This document shows positions 41,008 through 57,270 of a stretch of 64,000 bases of DNA, piece by piece. The notes under the pieces are model-generated. The model saw only the letters and a program-made list of their open reading frames with translations, was not told where the DNA came from and searched no databases. The DNA is from Deltaproteobacteria bacterium (GTDB lineage Bacteria; Myxococcota_A; Polyangia; Polyangiales; Houyiibacteriaceae): NCBI GenBank assembly GCA_034670305.1, contig JAXMNT010000006.1, positions 172,980 through 236,979 on the forward strand, written 5' to 3'. Position 1 is the first letter of the stretch. Each line of letters begins with the position of its first letter. Made by a program: the position numbers and the translations under genes.

Positions 41008-41967
41008 TCAGCGTTCCGCAGAAGCGCGCTGCAAGCGGTCGCGGATCGCGGGTCCGAGGCCGGTCTCGTCCGGACACGTTTCCGCGAGGATCCAAGCGAC
41101 GTCGGTCCGCCCGTCCAGGCGTCGCAGCGTGGCGAAGAGCCGGCGCGCTGCGGTGGCCGCGGTTCCGTCTGGGGTCAGCACCTCGGCGTGCGCGACTTCG
41201 ACCCCAGCGGGTGGCGCGGCGCCCGCGTACGAGAGCCACGCGGCGGGGCCTGTGGGCCAGTGCTTGGCGTCGTCGCCGGAGAGGCGCAGGGTCTTTCGCG
41301 GCGCGTAGTGGCTCGCCAACATGCCCGGCGCGGTGACCTTGGCGCTCGCCGCATGCAACGCGGTGCCCAGAGTTCGCTCGAGATCTTCGCGGGGGAGGGC
41401 GCCCGGTCGCAGGAGACGCGCGGTGCCGTCGGACTCCACCCCCACGATCGTGGACTCCACGCCGTGGGTGCACGGTCCGCCATCGAGCACGAGCAGGTCG
41501 TCTCCGAGTTCTTCCCGAACCGCGTCCGCGGTGGTCGGGCTGATGTGCCCGAACCGGTTCGCGCTCGGGGCCACGAGAGGGGCGCCGAACGTCTCGAGGA
41601 GCGCACGGGCCACCGGGTGTGAGGGGGAGCGCACCGCCACGGTGTCGAGCCCGCTCGTGGCTTCGTCCGGAACGTCCGCGTGCTTCGGCAACACGAGCGT
41701 CAATGGACCGGGCCAGTACGCCATGAGTGCCTCGGCAACCTGCGTCGCGCGGGTACCCAACCGCCCAAGGTCCACCACGTGTTCGATCTCCGCCAGCGTC
41801 GTACCGAGCACGTGCGCGATCAGCGGGTCGAAGTGTGGCCGGCCCTTGGCGGTGAACACCCGAAGGATCGCCTGCGGGTCGAACGCGTGCGCCGCGAGGC
41901 CATACACCGTCTCGGTGGGCATGCCGACGAGGCCGCCTTCGCGCAGCACTTCGGCCGCGGCGCGCAT
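41008..41967 (-). CDS. sua5: L-threonylcarbamoyladenylate synthase (Sua5 type)
   Basis: PTETVYGL, KGRPHFDPLIAH, WPGPLTLVL, APSAN, GVESTI, APGMLASHYAP, DRLQRA. Confidence 0.93.
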   Translation of the reverse strand: MRAAAEVLREGGLVGMPTETVYGLAAHAFDPQAILRVFTAKGRPHFDPLIAHVLGTTLAEIEHVVDLGRLGTRATQVAEALMAYWPGPLTLVLPKHADVPDEATSGLDTVAVRSPSHPVARALLETFGAPLVAPSANRFGHISPTTADAVREELGDDLLVLDGGPCTHGVESTIVGVESDGTARLLRPGALPREDLERTLGTALHAASAKVTAPGMLASHYAPRKTLRLSGDDAKHWPTGPAAWLSYAGAAPPAGVEVAHAEVLTPDGTAATAARRLFATLRRLDGRTDVAWILAETCPDETGLGPAIRDRLQRASAER

Positions 41968-41978
41968 GTGGGCTGGCT

Positions 41979-43600
<1,622 letters not shown>

Positions 43601-43610
<10 letters not shown>

Positions 43611-45025
43611 TCGACCGCTTCCTCTGGCTCCGGCGTATACACCTTCTCGAACCCGCGTTCCCGCAGCTCGGCTGCGAGGACATCTTGGGGTTTCGGATCT
43701 CCGTGCACCAGCGCCACCCATTGCAGGTCGCCCCGGTCCCGCACCTCGGTTGCGAAATCCAACAGGTCCGACTGGTCGCCGTGGGCGGAGAAGCCGTTGA
43801 GCACGCGCACGTCGCACCGGCGCTCTTTCTCCACGCCGAAGATCTTCACCCGGGTCCGGCGTTCAACCAGCCGGCGGCCGAGCGTGTGCTGCGCTTGGTA
43901 GCCGACGATCAGCACGGTGTCTTCGCGCCGGCCGACCGTGGCCCGCAGGTGGTGGAGCACCCGCCCGCTCTCGCACATGCCGCTCGCGGAGATCACCACG
44001 GCCGGGTCGGACGATGCGGTCAGGTGTTTGCTGTCGTCGACCGACGAGATGTAGTGGAGCCCCTCGAACTCGAACGGTGAGTCGCCGGTCGCCAGCAGCT
44101 CGTGGGTCTGCTCGTCGTAGCACTCGGGGTGCATCTTGAAGACCTCGGTCAGGCGCACGGTCAGCGGAGAGTCGACGTAGACGGGCATGTCCGGGAGGCG
44201 GCCGGCGGTCTTGAGCTGCTTGAGTGCGAAGATGACTTCCTGCGCCCGTTCGAGCGCAAACGAAGGAATGATGACCTTGCCGCCGCGGTCGTAGGTGCGC
44301 TGGACGATCTCTGCGAGGTCGTCGCCCATGCGGTCGATCGGATCGTGCAGCCGGTCCCCGTAGGTGCTCTCGCTGATGAGGGCACAGGCGCCGGAGGGCA
44401 CCTCCGGGTCGCGCAAGATGGGCATGTTCCGGCGCCCGAGATCCCCGGTGAACACCAGGCGCCGCTGCGCACCGTCGATGTCCACGTCGAGCACGACCAC
44501 CGCACTCCCGAGCACGTGACCGGCGTCGAGAAACGTGACCCGCACGCCTTGGGCGATCTCGCTCGTCTGTGCGTACGGCACGCCGGTCATGCGCTTCATG
44601 ACGCCGATGACGTCTTTCGCATCGTAGAGCGGTTCGACCGTGGGGTCGTCGTAGTCGACGTCCATGTCCTGCCGCTGCTTCTCCAGAAAACGCGCGTCGT
44701 GTTTCTGAATCATCGCGGCGTCTTCGAGCATGGCCGCGCAGAGATCGCGGCTGGCCGGCGTCGTGAAGATGCGCCCTTGAAATCCGTTCTTCTGCAGGAT
44801 CGGCAGGGCCCCAGAGTGGTCGATGTGTGCATGCGAGAGCACGCAGACGTCGATGTCTCGGGCGCGGAACGGGAGGTCCTTGTTGCGCTGGTAGGACTCG
44901 CGGCGACGCCCTTGATAGAGCCCGCAGTCGAGGAGCACGCGGGCATGGGGGGTCTCGACGATGTGCATCGAGCCAGTGACGGTTCGGGCTGCGCCCATGA
45001 ACCGCACGTGCAGTGGCTTCACCAT
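43601..45025 (-). CDS. Metallo-beta-lactamase / beta-CASP ribonuclease
   Basis: SHAHIDHSG, AGHVLGS, FTGDLG, ESTYG, SASGMCESGR, FSAHGD, LVHGD. Confidence 0.92.
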
Positions 45026-46452
45026 TCCCGGAGTTTGCCCGGAAGCTGCCTCTCTTGCATGCCGGTGCGGCGCCGGATCGGAATCAGCGTCACCGAGATG
45101 CGTTGATCCCGGTCGGTTCTCACCTGGCTCTGGTGGGTGCGGTGGCGCGGCGCGCGCACTTCGAGTTCGTGGATCTCACCGTCGGCGGGGACGAGGAGTG
45201 GCGACTCGGCCGGAACTCCGTCCCACAGGATGATCGCGTCGATGGGCGTCCGGTCCACTTCGATTTCCACGTCGCCAAGCGTTGCCGGTTCGATCGGCTC
45301 GACGTCCAGGTCGGGGGCCGCTGGGGCTTCGCGGGCGGGCTCGACCGCGGCGGCTTCGCGAGGAAGCGGCTGGAACACCGGTGTGGGATCGGCCGTGGGC
45401 CACAGCGCCCAAGCGAGCACCCCGACGGCCAGCGCCACGCCGACGAGGAGCGCAACCAGACCGGACCGTCCCCGTGGCAACACCAAGGTCCCGCCTTGGC
45501 GTTGCAGCTGTTTTCGCCGCCCGTCGGTGGAGTGGCGGCCGGTCGGGGCCGCATCCCCGAAGGTCGCCGCCCGCAAGACGAAGGCGACCTGTTCGGCAGA
45601 GAACGGCCGCGCCGAGGGCTCCTTCTCGAGCAGCTTGCGGGTCAACGTCTCGAGTTCGAGCGGGATGTTGGCGTCGGGCGCCATGTCCTGCATCGGGGGC
45701 ACCGGGGCGCGCAAGTGGAGTGCAGCCATCGCCACCGGCTCTGGATCGTGGAACGGGAGGTGACCGGTCAGCATGCGGAACAGGATCACGCCGAGCTGGT
45801 AGAGGTCGGACGCTGGGCCGACGTCCGAGCGTCGCACGCCCTCCGGACTGATGTAGGCGGGCGTGCCGATGATCGTTCCGGTGTCGGTGACCGTGATCTC
45901 TCGTTTCTCGTGCGGCCGCTCGTCGTGCAAGAGCCTCGCGATGCCGAAGTCCAGGACCTTGAGCCCACCTTCTTCGAGCAGGAAGACGTTGTCCGGCTTC
46001 AGATCCCGGTGCACCACTCCGGCGTCGTGGGCGGCTTGCAAAGCCTCTGCGATCTGCAGCGCGATGTGTGCTGCTTCGTCCGGTGAGAGTCGGGTGTCGA
46101 TTTCCAACCGATCACCCAGGCTGACCCCGACGAGCTGCTCCATGACCATGTAGAGGCCATGCACCTCGTCGGTGCCGAAGTCGTGCACCGCGACCACGTG
46201 TCGAGAGGAGACGGAACTCGCCGCGCGGGCTTCGCGCTCGAATCGAAGCCGGGTCTTCGGATCGATCTTGTGCAGCACTTTGACCGCCACGCGCCGACCG
46301 ATGACGGTGTCGGTGGCCGCGTAAACGACCCCCATGCCGCCGCTGCCGAGTGGGCTCTCGATTCGGAACCGTCCCCCCAGCACCGCGCCGCTCGGTACCA
46401 TCCCATCGCCCGACGCGGACGCGCTCTGTTCCAGAGCGGTTGAGGCGCTCAT
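45019..46452 (-). CDS. Membrane Ser/Thr protein kinase with an extracytoplasmic PEGA-like domain
   Basis: LGSGGMGVVY, VAVK, HRDLKPDN, DFGIA, GTPAYISPE; TM helix LVALLVGVALAVGVLAWALW. Confidence 0.92.
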   Translation of the reverse strand: MSASTALEQSASASGDGMVPSGAVLGGRFRIESPLGSGGMGVVYAATDTVIGRRVAVKVLHKIDPKTRLRFEREARAASSVSSRHVVAVHDFGTDEVHGLYMVMEQLVGVSLGDRLEIDTRLSPDEAAHIALQIAEALQAAHDAGVVHRDLKPDNVFLLEEGGLKVLDFGIARLLHDERPHEKREITVTDTGTIIGTPAYISPEGVRRSDVGPASDLYQLGVILFRMLTGHLPFHDPEPVAMAALHLRAPVPPMQDMAPDANIPLELETLTRKLLEKEPSARPFSAEQVAFVLRAATFGDAAPTGRHSTDGRRKQLQRQGGTLVLPRGRSGLVALLVGVALAVGVLAWALWPTADPTPVFQPLPREAAAVEPAREAPAAPDLDVEPIEPATLGDVEIEVDRTPIDAIILWDGVPAESPLLVPADGEIHELEVRAPRHRTHQSQVRTDRDQRISVTLIPIRRRTGMQERQLPGKLREW

Positions 46453-46477
46453 GTGGGTCGTCGGCGCGGAGCGTTCA

Positions 46478-47497
46478 TCACTCCAACACCAGCCCCTGTG
46501 AACCGTTGGCGGGTCGAAGCACGACCCCCGTCGTTCCGCCGCTGGGGGCACGCTCGCGGCCGGAGAGCCCGAAGCCCAATCCGATCGCACCAGCGACGAC
46601 TGCCAGACCGACCCCGACCCAGAGCACCGGACGGCGTCGCAGCGGGGTGGGCGGATCGGGCAAACGTTGGAGGTGGGCGTCGACGAGCAGCCGCTGGCCC
46701 TCTTCGAGCGTGACCTCCCGTTCGAACGGGAGGAGCCCTGGATGCTCCACCACGACCCGATGCGTGCCGGGGGCCACTTCGAGTTCGCCGCTCACTTCGG
46801 TCCCATCCACGCGCACGATGGCGTCGCCATCCACGCCAGCTGGAGGTCGGACCGCGACCGCGAGATGGGAAGGTCGCCGGATCACTTCGAGTTCGATGGC
46901 CCTCCGGATGTCCGCGCCTTCGTGCAGCGAGATCTCCTGCAGCGCGGCCGCGTGCCCCTCCGCCGTGACCCGAACGACATGCGTGCCTGGGTTGAGCCGG
47001 AGCTCGCGAACGGCGCCCCCGGTCAGGGCCGCTCCATCGACCTGTACGTTGGCGTTCACTGGGGACAACTCAAGGGTGAGCTGTGCGACCGTCGAGCGTG
47101 CGTGCCCGATCATTTGCTGGGCTTCGACCAGGCTCTCTGCGTCCGCGACTGGGTCGGCCTCCGAGACGAAACGTTCGAGTTCCCCAAGCGCCTCCACGTA
47201 GTGGGCGAGGGCATAGTAGCAAAGCGCGAGGTTGAACCGGGTCGACGCACGCGGCACCGCGGCGAGGGAACGTTCGAACGCATCGGCTGCCTCGCCGAAG
47301 CGGCGCATGGTGGCGAGCTCGCGTCCGCGCTCGAAGTGCAGGCGTGCTTCGCGAACGACCGGGTCCTCTTGTTCCGCCTCTGTGACGCCATCCGGCTGCG
47401 CCCGCGCGTTGGCGCTGGTGGCGAGCAGGCTGAGTCCCAGGACAAGTGCTGCCAAACCGTCTCGTACCGTGGGGTTTTGTCGAGCGTGATTCATCAT
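46478..47497 (-). CDS. Secreted TPR + PEGA domain protein
   Basis: Signal peptide; ARLHFERG...FNLALCY TPR; two PG-T-H-x-V PEGA-like units; C-terminal hydrophobic segment. Confidence 0.8.
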   Translation of the reverse strand: MMNHARQNPTVRDGLAALVLGLSLLATSANARAQPDGVTEAEQEDPVVREARLHFERGRELATMRRFGEAADAFERSLAAVPRASTRFNLALCYYALAHYVEALGELERFVSEADPVADAESLVEAQQMIGHARSTVAQLTLELSPVNANVQVDGAALTGGAVRELRLNPGTHVVRVTAEGHAAALQEISLHEGADIRRAIELEVIRRPSHLAVAVRPPAGVDGDAIVRVDGTEVSGELEVAPGTHRVVVEHPGLLPFEREVTLEEGQRLLVDAHLQRLPDPPTPLRRRPVLWVGVGLAVVAGAIGLGFGLSGRERAPSGGTTGVVLRPANGSQGLVLE

Positions 47498-48213
47498 CCG
47501 GCTCCACACACCCCATCGGCGGAGCACACGCGTCCGCTCGCAGGATCGCATTCTGTGCCTTGGGGCTCGAAGCCGGTTTCGGTGCACTCGCCCGCAGCGC
47601 ACATGCCCGTTCGACAGGGCGCGGGGGTGCAGGCTTCGCCATCGGGGCACGTCGTCCCGTCCACCCCGCCGTCCACTGGGCCGGAGTCGGCGGTGCCCGC
47701 GTCTGGCGCCATGCGCGGCCCGTCCACGAGGGACATCAGCGGGGCGCCGGGATCGCCGTGCGGCAACGTCGCCGGATCGACCTGAGCCGACACGCACATG
47801 CCCTCCACGCAGGTGTCGTCCGCGTCGCCGCACTCTTCGCCTGCTCGGGCGCAGGCGCGAGAGAGGAGCATGTCCAGTCGACGGGTCTGCCCAGGCAAGA
47901 AGTGGGTCATGGCCGTTCGGGTCACAACCGCTCGGCTCGTGGCCTCTCCTTCGTCGGTCCAGAGACTCACCACCACCCGCACGGGCGCGTCTCTGTCGGG
48001 ACTCGTGGCGCTCACGCCCAGCGAGAACGGCAGCTCGACTTCGCCCGCGCCAAAACGTTGTTCCGCGCTGCCGATGCCAGCGCTGGAAGCGCTGACGAGG
48101 ATGGAGTCGTACTCGACCCCGGCCTCGAGATTGGTGTCGACCACGACCAGCAGTTGGGTGGGGTCGGCGGCGCACCCCACGCATGCCACCAGTGTGAGGA
48201 GGAGAGTCCGCAC
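47494..48213 (-). CDS. Hypothetical lipoprotein with a Cys-rich C-terminus
   Basis: GTG start, lipobox CVGC, TQLLVVVDT...LPFSLGV. TATGCT 6 nt upstream. ATGA overlap with the next gene. Confidence 0.78.
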   Translation of the reverse strand: MRTLLLTLVACVGCAADPTQLLVVVDTNLEAGVEYDSILVSASSAGIGSAEQRFGAGEVELPFSLGVSATSPDRDAPVRVVVSLWTDEGEATSRAVVTRTAMTHFLPGQTRRLDMLLSRACARAGEECGDADDTCVEGMCVSAQVDPATLPHGDPGAPLMSLVDGPRMAPDAGTADSGPVDGGVDGTTCPDGEACTPAPCRTGMCAAGECTETGFEPQGTECDPASGRVCSADGVCGAG

Positions 48214-48327
48214 CGCGGGAGCATACCACCAAATTCTGATGGTGGCGGATGAGCGAGGTGCGTTTGTCGAAGGTTTGGACGAATGGTCGAGATGGACGCC
48301 GGGCGGCTGCGAGGCTACATGCCCGTC

Positions 48328-50001
48328 ATGGCGACACGACGCGAGATGTGGGAACGATTGGGCGAGGACGTGGACGTACTCGTCGTGGGTGGGGGAATCA
48401 ACGGGGCCGGCATCGCGCGCGACGCGGCGCGCCGCGGTCTCAAGGTCGCGCTCGTGGAGATGAACGACCTCGCCTCCGGGACGAGTTCCCGGTCGAGCAA
48501 GCTGGTCCACGGCGGACTCCGGTACCTCGAACACTACGAGTTCAGCATGGTCTTCGAGTCGGTCAGCGAACGGCGGATCCTCATGGACCTCGCCCCCCAT
48601 CTGGTCAACCCGCTCGGCTTCGTCTTCCCCGTCTACAAGGGCTCGCCGCACAAGCTCTTCATGATCAACGCGGGCATGTGGCTCTACGATGGGCTCTCTC
48701 TGTTTCGGTCTCCAAAGATCCACAAAAACCTCAAACCCAAGGACATCGCCAAACTCGAGCCGGCGTTGAAGCTCGAAGGCATGAAAGGGGCACCGCTCTA
48801 CTACGACTGCTCCACCGACGACGCACGACTCACCCTCGAGACGGCGATCGACGCCGTTCAACAGGGGGCAGTCGTGTGTACGGGCGCCAGGGTTGCGAAA
48901 TTTCTCCAGAGCGACGACGGGCGGGTCGCTGGGGCGGTTGTTGAGAACACCTTGGACGGCGGCACCAAAGAGGTTCGCGCGCGCGTGGTGATCAATGCGA
49001 CGGGCCCCTGGACCGACGCGACGCGCACGCTGAGTGACGCGGAAGCCGCTGCGGTCCTTCGACCCACGAAGGGCGTGCACATCGTCGTCGACGCCAAGAA
49101 GCTTCCGATCAACAACGCGGTCGTCTGTTTTCATCCCTCGGACGGTCGCGTGCTCTTCGCGCTGCCCTGGGGCGACCGCGCCTACGTGGGCACCACCGAC
49201 ACCGACTACAAGGGCGCGCTGGACGACCTCGCCGCCACCCGCGACGACGTCGACTACTTGATCGACGCCGTGGGTCACTACTTCCCCGACCACCGGCTGA
49301 CGCACGAAGACGTGATCTCGACCTGGGCCGGACTGCGGCCCCTCGTCGCACCGCCCACGCAAAAAGGCAAAGCGGTCAACGAAGGAGCGGTCAGCCGCGA
49401 ACACGAGATCCTCGTCGGTCGAGATGGTCTCGTGACCATCGCGGGCGGCAAACTGACCACGTACCGGAAGGTGTCGGGCGAAGTCGTCGATCGCGCGGTG
49501 CAACTGCTGCGTCTCTCAGGCGATGCGCCCAAGGGGCTGCGCGCGTCCAACACCGACGAGGCGCCGCTCCCCGGTGGCGTCGGTTGGCCCGACGACGACG
49601 ACCACGACGTGATCGCGCGGCGGGTGATGGCGGCAAGCCAAGACCGCATCGAACACGACACCGCGACCTACTTGGCCGGCGCCTATGGCACGCGCGCGAT
49701 CGACATGGCGCGCCGCGTCGCCGAGAACCCGACCCTCGCGATTCGCCTCGTGGCGGGCCGTCCGGAGATCCGCGCCCAGGTCCGCTGGGCCGTGCGCGAA
49801 GAACTCGCCGCGACCGTGACCGACGTGATGATTCGCCGGACGCAGCTCTTCTACCGAGACGGAGATCAGGGTCTTGGCTGCATGGGCGACGTCGCCGACA
49901 TCATGGGCGCGGAGCTCGACTGGGACGACGCCGCCAAGCAGGCTTCGTGCGACGCGTACCGCGCAGAGGTTGCGCTGAGCCGGCGCTGGCAGTCGGAGTA
50001 G
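48328..50001 (+). CDS. glpD: FAD-dependent glycerol-3-phosphate dehydrogenase
   Basis: [65 protein letters not shown]. Confidence 0.95.
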   Translation: MATRREMWERLGEDVDVLVVGGGINGAGIARDAARRGLKVALVEMNDLASGTSSRSSKLVHGGLRYLEHYEFSMVFESVSERRILMDLAPHLVNPLGFVFPVYKGSPHKLFMINAGMWLYDGLSLFRSPKIHKNLKPKDIAKLEPALKLEGMKGAPLYYDCSTDDARLTLETAIDAVQQGAVVCTGARVAKFLQSDDGRVAGAVVENTLDGGTKEVRARVVINATGPWTDATRTLSDAEAAAVLRPTKGVHIVVDAKKLPINNAVVCFHPSDGRVLFALPWGDRAYVGTTDTDYKGALDDLAATRDDVDYLIDAVGHYFPDHRLTHEDVISTWAGLRPLVAPPTQKGKAVNEGAVSREHEILVGRDGLVTIAGGKLTTYRKVSGEVVDRAVQLLRLSGDAPKGLRASNTDEAPLPGGVGWPDDDDHDVIARRVMAASQDRIEHDTATYLAGAYGTRAIDMARRVAENPTLAIRLVAGRPEIRAQVRWAVREELAATVTDVMIRRTQLFYRDGDQGLGCMGDVADIMGAELDWDDAAKQASCDAYRAEVALSRRWQSE

Positions 50002-50044
50002 GGGCGCCGGGGGCGAGCACCCGTACCGTTCCAAGTCGGAGTAG

Positions 50045-50232
50045 GGCGTCGGCTTCGCTGAAGCCGACGCCGAAGCCGACGCCGAAGCCGACGCCGAAGC
50101 CGACGCCGAAGCCGACGCCGAAGCCGACGCCGACGCCGAAGCCGACGCCGAAACCCACGCCGAAGCCGAAGCCGATGCCGACGCCGAAACCGACGCCGAA
50201 ACCGACGCCGAAACCGACGCCGAAGCCGACGC
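50045..50232. repeat. Hexamer/12-mer tract (GAAGCCGACGCC)n that opens with an inverted copy forming the hairpin GGCGTCGGCTTC-GCT-GAAGCCGACGCC
   Basis: Hairpin at 50045-50071, tract to about 50232, between convergent genes. Confidence 0.93.
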
Positions 50233-50245
50233 CTCGCCGGCCGGG

Positions 50246-50865
50246 CTACGCGCCGGTGAGGCTGGGGAGGGCGATCTGGAGTTCGAGGGTTCCGTCTTCG
50301 ACGGAGATGCGTTCCAGCGTGAGCATTTCGAAGACGAGCGCGGCGGCGCTGCGGCTGGCGGCGTCGCGGACGGCGGGCACGGTGCGGAGGTCCACGCGCA
50401 GTCCGCCGGGGCCATCGACGTCGACGATGGCGCCGCAGGGATCGTCGGGGGGCGGCTGAAGCACGACGGCCCAGACGCTCTGAGCGATGACGCCGCTCAA
50501 GGCGCTCACCGCGTCGCGCACGCTGCGGTTGCGCGCGAGTTCGGCGGGCTCGACCGACCAGCTGATCTCTTTGGCGCCGCGCGACGCGAACCGCACCGCC
50601 AAGGGCTCGAGCGAGAAGTCGATCGATTCGTTGCCCACCGAGAGGTAGACGTGCAGTCGACCGCCGCGCGCGGTGACGGTCGCGCTGCGCACGCCGGGGG
50701 CGTGGGCGACGGCGCCGGTGAGGGCGCGGTCGCCGATGCTCGCGCGTTGGTCCCGCAGCTCACGCACCAGCCGTCGCGCGGTCGCGAGGGGGCCCACCGA
50801 GCGGAGCCGATCCCCGGCGCGGTCGGCGCCGGCGCGGACCAGACTCTTGAGGAGATCGAAGCGGC

Positions 50866-50869
<4 letters not shown>
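50246..50869 (-). CDS. Hypothetical protein
   Basis: 207 aa ORF. GTGA overlap with the radical SAM gene stop. Confidence 0.7.
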
Positions 50870-53754
<2,885 letters not shown>

Positions 53755-53819
53755 GCCCTTACGAAATGCGCCCCCCACCCAACAGAGTCAAGCACGCCCG
53801 CCCGAGTCGGTCGGCTGGT

Positions 53820-53895
53820 CGGCATCGACGTCGGCATTGGCATCGGCATCGGCTTCGGTGTGTCGGTGTGTCGGTGTCAGCGTCGGCGCCGGTGC
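53820..53895. repeat. Short degenerate hexamer tract (TCGGCA/TCGGTG)
   Basis: Visible between the terminator and the radical SAM gene start. Confidence 0.7.
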
Positions 53896-53900
53896 CAAAC

Positions 53901-53937
53901 GAAGAAAAGCGACCCTCAGCGAGGGTCGCCCTTCTTC
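53901..53937 (-). terminator. Intrinsic terminator for the beta-barrel gene (possibly bidirectional)
   Basis: Stem GCGACCCTC-AGC-GAGGGTCGC (53909-53929), followed by TTTTCTTC on the minus strand. Confidence 0.8.
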
Positions 53938-53994
53938 TCCAGTCAACCAGCCAGCCGCGCGGAGCCATCAATCCAGCCCGCGAAGCGGGATGGA

Positions 53995-54999
<1,005 letters not shown>

Positions 55000-55106
55000 G
55001 CGGGGGGTCCTCCGCGGCGTCCCCTGTCTCCGATCCTGGAGAGAGCACGCGCGCTGCCGGCGTTTACCACGAAAATGTCCGGTGATTGCCCACAGAAGGG
55101 CTTGGT

Positions 55107-55122
55107 TGTGACACCACTCACA
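55107..55122. promoter_or_regulatory. CRP/FNR-family binding-site palindrome TGTGA-N6-TCACA
   Basis: Exact TGTGAcaccacTCACA in the divergent gap. Centred about 61 nt upstream of a putative TSS defined by TGG-TAAACG (55066-55061, minus strand). Confidence 0.6.
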
Positions 55123-55214
55123 TCGCTCCGCTTGGGTCCTGGCGCTTTGCGAGAGAAAGGCCGGTCGCTGCGAGGCGGAACCTGCAGCGCAGGGGGTCCT
55201 GATACGGTCGCCGC

Positions 55215-57020
55215 GTGGCTCGACCGCACTCCCGAAGCAAGCCCAGCCGAGGCGCACCACACGTTCCGAGCCCGCTCGAGAAGTCGGCGGTGGCTGCGGC
55301 GGCCACGCGGGACGCCTCGCTCTCCGATCGGGAGCGCCGATCCCACGGCGTCGTCCACACCCCGTCGGCGCTCGCGCGCTTCGTCGCGGAGCGGTGCGAC
55401 CATCACCTGAAGCGACTCGGCTTCGGCGGGCTCGCCGACGAGCGCGTCACGGTGATCGACCCCGCGTGCGGGCCCGGCATCTTTCTGGCCGCCGTCGCGA
55501 CCGTGGCCGGTTCCGGCGTCCGCTGCGTCGGCGTGGATCGGGACCCGGCCGCGCTGGAAGTCGCCGGCCGCGTCCTGTCACCCCTCGATCAGCTGACGTT
55601 GCTCGAAACGGACGCGCTCGAGTCCCTCGACGTGTTCGCCGAGACCGACGCGTTGGTGGTCCTCGGCAATCCGCCCTGGTCCGGACGCTCGGCGAGCCGC
55701 ACCCCGCTGCTGGACCAGCTGCTCGTGGACTTCCGGGTGGACGTGGACGGCAAGACCCCGCTCCAAGAGCGCAAGGTGGGCGTGCTCTCGGACGTGTACG
55801 TGCGGTTTCTGCGCTGGGCCTTCGAGGGGCTTCGACGCGCGCCTTCGGGCGGCGTCCTGGGACTGGTCACCAACGCTTCGTTTCTCGATGGTCCGGTGCA
55901 CCGCGGCATGCGCGCGGCGATGGGCCGCTGGAGCGAAGCGATCGAGGTGTTCGACTTCGGCGGCAGCGCGCTCACGGCACGCGACACGCAGGTCGACGAC
56001 AACGTGTTCGGCGTGCGGCCGGCCGCGGTCGCGACGTTCGCCACCCGCACGGCCACGACCTCAGAAGTCGAATCAGCCCGGCCGAGCCTGGTGCGTCTCT
56101 GGGGCACCCGTGCCGAGAAACTGCGAGCGCTCTCGTCCGCGACACCCGAGGCGCTCGAGGTACCCGTCGGCGCACCCTGGCGGCGCCCCGCCAAAAACGC
56201 GCCCGTGCGGTGGCCCGCTGGGTTCGTCGGCCTCGACGCGCTGTTCGAGTTTCATCGGGAGGGCGTCCAGTCGAACCGCGACGCGGCCGCGATCGATCCG
56301 GACCGCCAGGTGCTCTTGCAACGGCTGCGCGACTTCGCGGCCGGGCGGGCTGTGCCCCCAGCGATACTGGAGCGCGCCAGCGGTCACTACGATCCCGCGC
56401 TCGCCAGGCGTCGGGTGCGCGATGCGCTGGCGTCCGACCCCGATGCGTCGTTCGTCCGAGAGCTCGCGTACCGGCCGGGCGACACCCGGTGGTTCGTGGC
56501 GATCGCGCCGCTCTGTCACCGGCCGCGCCACGCGCTGCTGCAGGCGATGGACCACTCCGCGGGCGCGTTGCTCTCGGTGCGCAAGGACCGCGGCAACAAG
56601 CCGTACACCCACTTCGGGTGGGCGACGCACGCGCCGGACAACTGCTTTCTCTCGGCCCGTTCGTCGTGTCGCACCCGCGCGTTTCCTACGCACACCCCCG
56701 ATGGATCCGAGAACCTCACGGCCGCGGGGCGTGACTGGTTCGCCTCTGCAGAAGAAGGGCTGCTCTGCGCGCTGGCGGTGCTCGCGAGCGAGACGTACCG
56801 GAGGCGCTTCGAGTGGCTGCTCCGGCAGGACCACCCGCGGTTGCCGGAGCCGCGCGATCTCGGCGCGGTGGTGGAGGCGGGGCGGGCGCTGCGTGATTGC
56901 CTGCTGAAGGGGCGGCGCGACCCGGAGGACATGGGCGAGCGGGGGCATTGGCGGGTGCCGCTGCCGGAGGGGTACCGGGAGGCGGTGGCGCGGTGCACCG
57001 AGGCGGTCGCGCTGGGCTGA
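55215..57020 (+). CDS. N6-adenine DNA methyltransferase with a type ISP/IIG-like C-terminal specificity domain; no nuclease or helicase
   Basis: GVVHTP, IDPACGPGIFL (motif I), LGNPPWSG (motif IV), LSDVYVRFLRWA, TNASFLDG...RGMR, DNVF, YRPGDTRW, DHPRLP. Confidence 0.8.
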   Translation: MARPHSRSKPSRGAPHVPSPLEKSAVAAAATRDASLSDRERRSHGVVHTPSALARFVAERCDHHLKRLGFGGLADERVTVIDPACGPGIFLAAVATVAGSGVRCVGVDRDPAALEVAGRVLSPLDQLTLLETDALESLDVFAETDALVVLGNPPWSGRSASRTPLLDQLLVDFRVDVDGKTPLQERKVGVLSDVYVRFLRWAFEGLRRAPSGGVLGLVTNASFLDGPVHRGMRAAMGRWSEAIEVFDFGGSALTARDTQVDDNVFGVRPAAVATFATRTATTSEVESARPSLVRLWGTRAEKLRALSSATPEALEVPVGAPWRRPAKNAPVRWPAGFVGLDALFEFHREGVQSNRDAAAIDPDRQVLLQRLRDFAAGRAVPPAILERASGHYDPALARRRVRDALASDPDASFVRELAYRPGDTRWFVAIAPLCHRPRHALLQAMDHSAGALLSVRKDRGNKPYTHFGWATHAPDNCFLSARSSCRTRAFPTHTPDGSENLTAAGRDWFASAEEGLLCALAVLASETYRRRFEWLLRQDHPRLPEPRDLGAVVEAGRALRDCLLKGRRDPEDMGERGHWRVPLPEGYREAVARCTEAVALG

Positions 57021-57036
57021 ACGGGGAAGCGGAAAG

Positions 57037-57250
57037 ATCCGAATCCGAATCCGAAGCCGAAGCCGAAGCCGAGGCCGAAGCCGAAGCCGAAGCCGACGCT
57101 GAAACCGAAGCCGAAGCCGAAGCCGAAGCCGAAACCGAAGCCGACGCCGAAGCCGAAGCCGAAGCCGAGGCCGAAGCCGACGCCGAAACGACCCCGACGC
57201 CGAAGCCGAATCCGACTCGGAAACCGAATCCGACGCAGAAACCGACGCTG
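57037..57250. repeat. Hexamer tandem tract (GCCGAA/TCCGAA/ACCGAA/GCCGAC)n, about 35 units
   Basis: Directly visible 16 bp after the methyltransferase stop, between convergent genes. Confidence 0.95.
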
Positions 57251-57270
57251 ACCCTCAGTCGGAGGCGACG

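Noticed and set aside
55215-57020. Complete restriction-modification system or defence island
   Set aside because: No endonuclease, helicase, integrase or other defence genes are adjacent, and there is no evident compositional shift.
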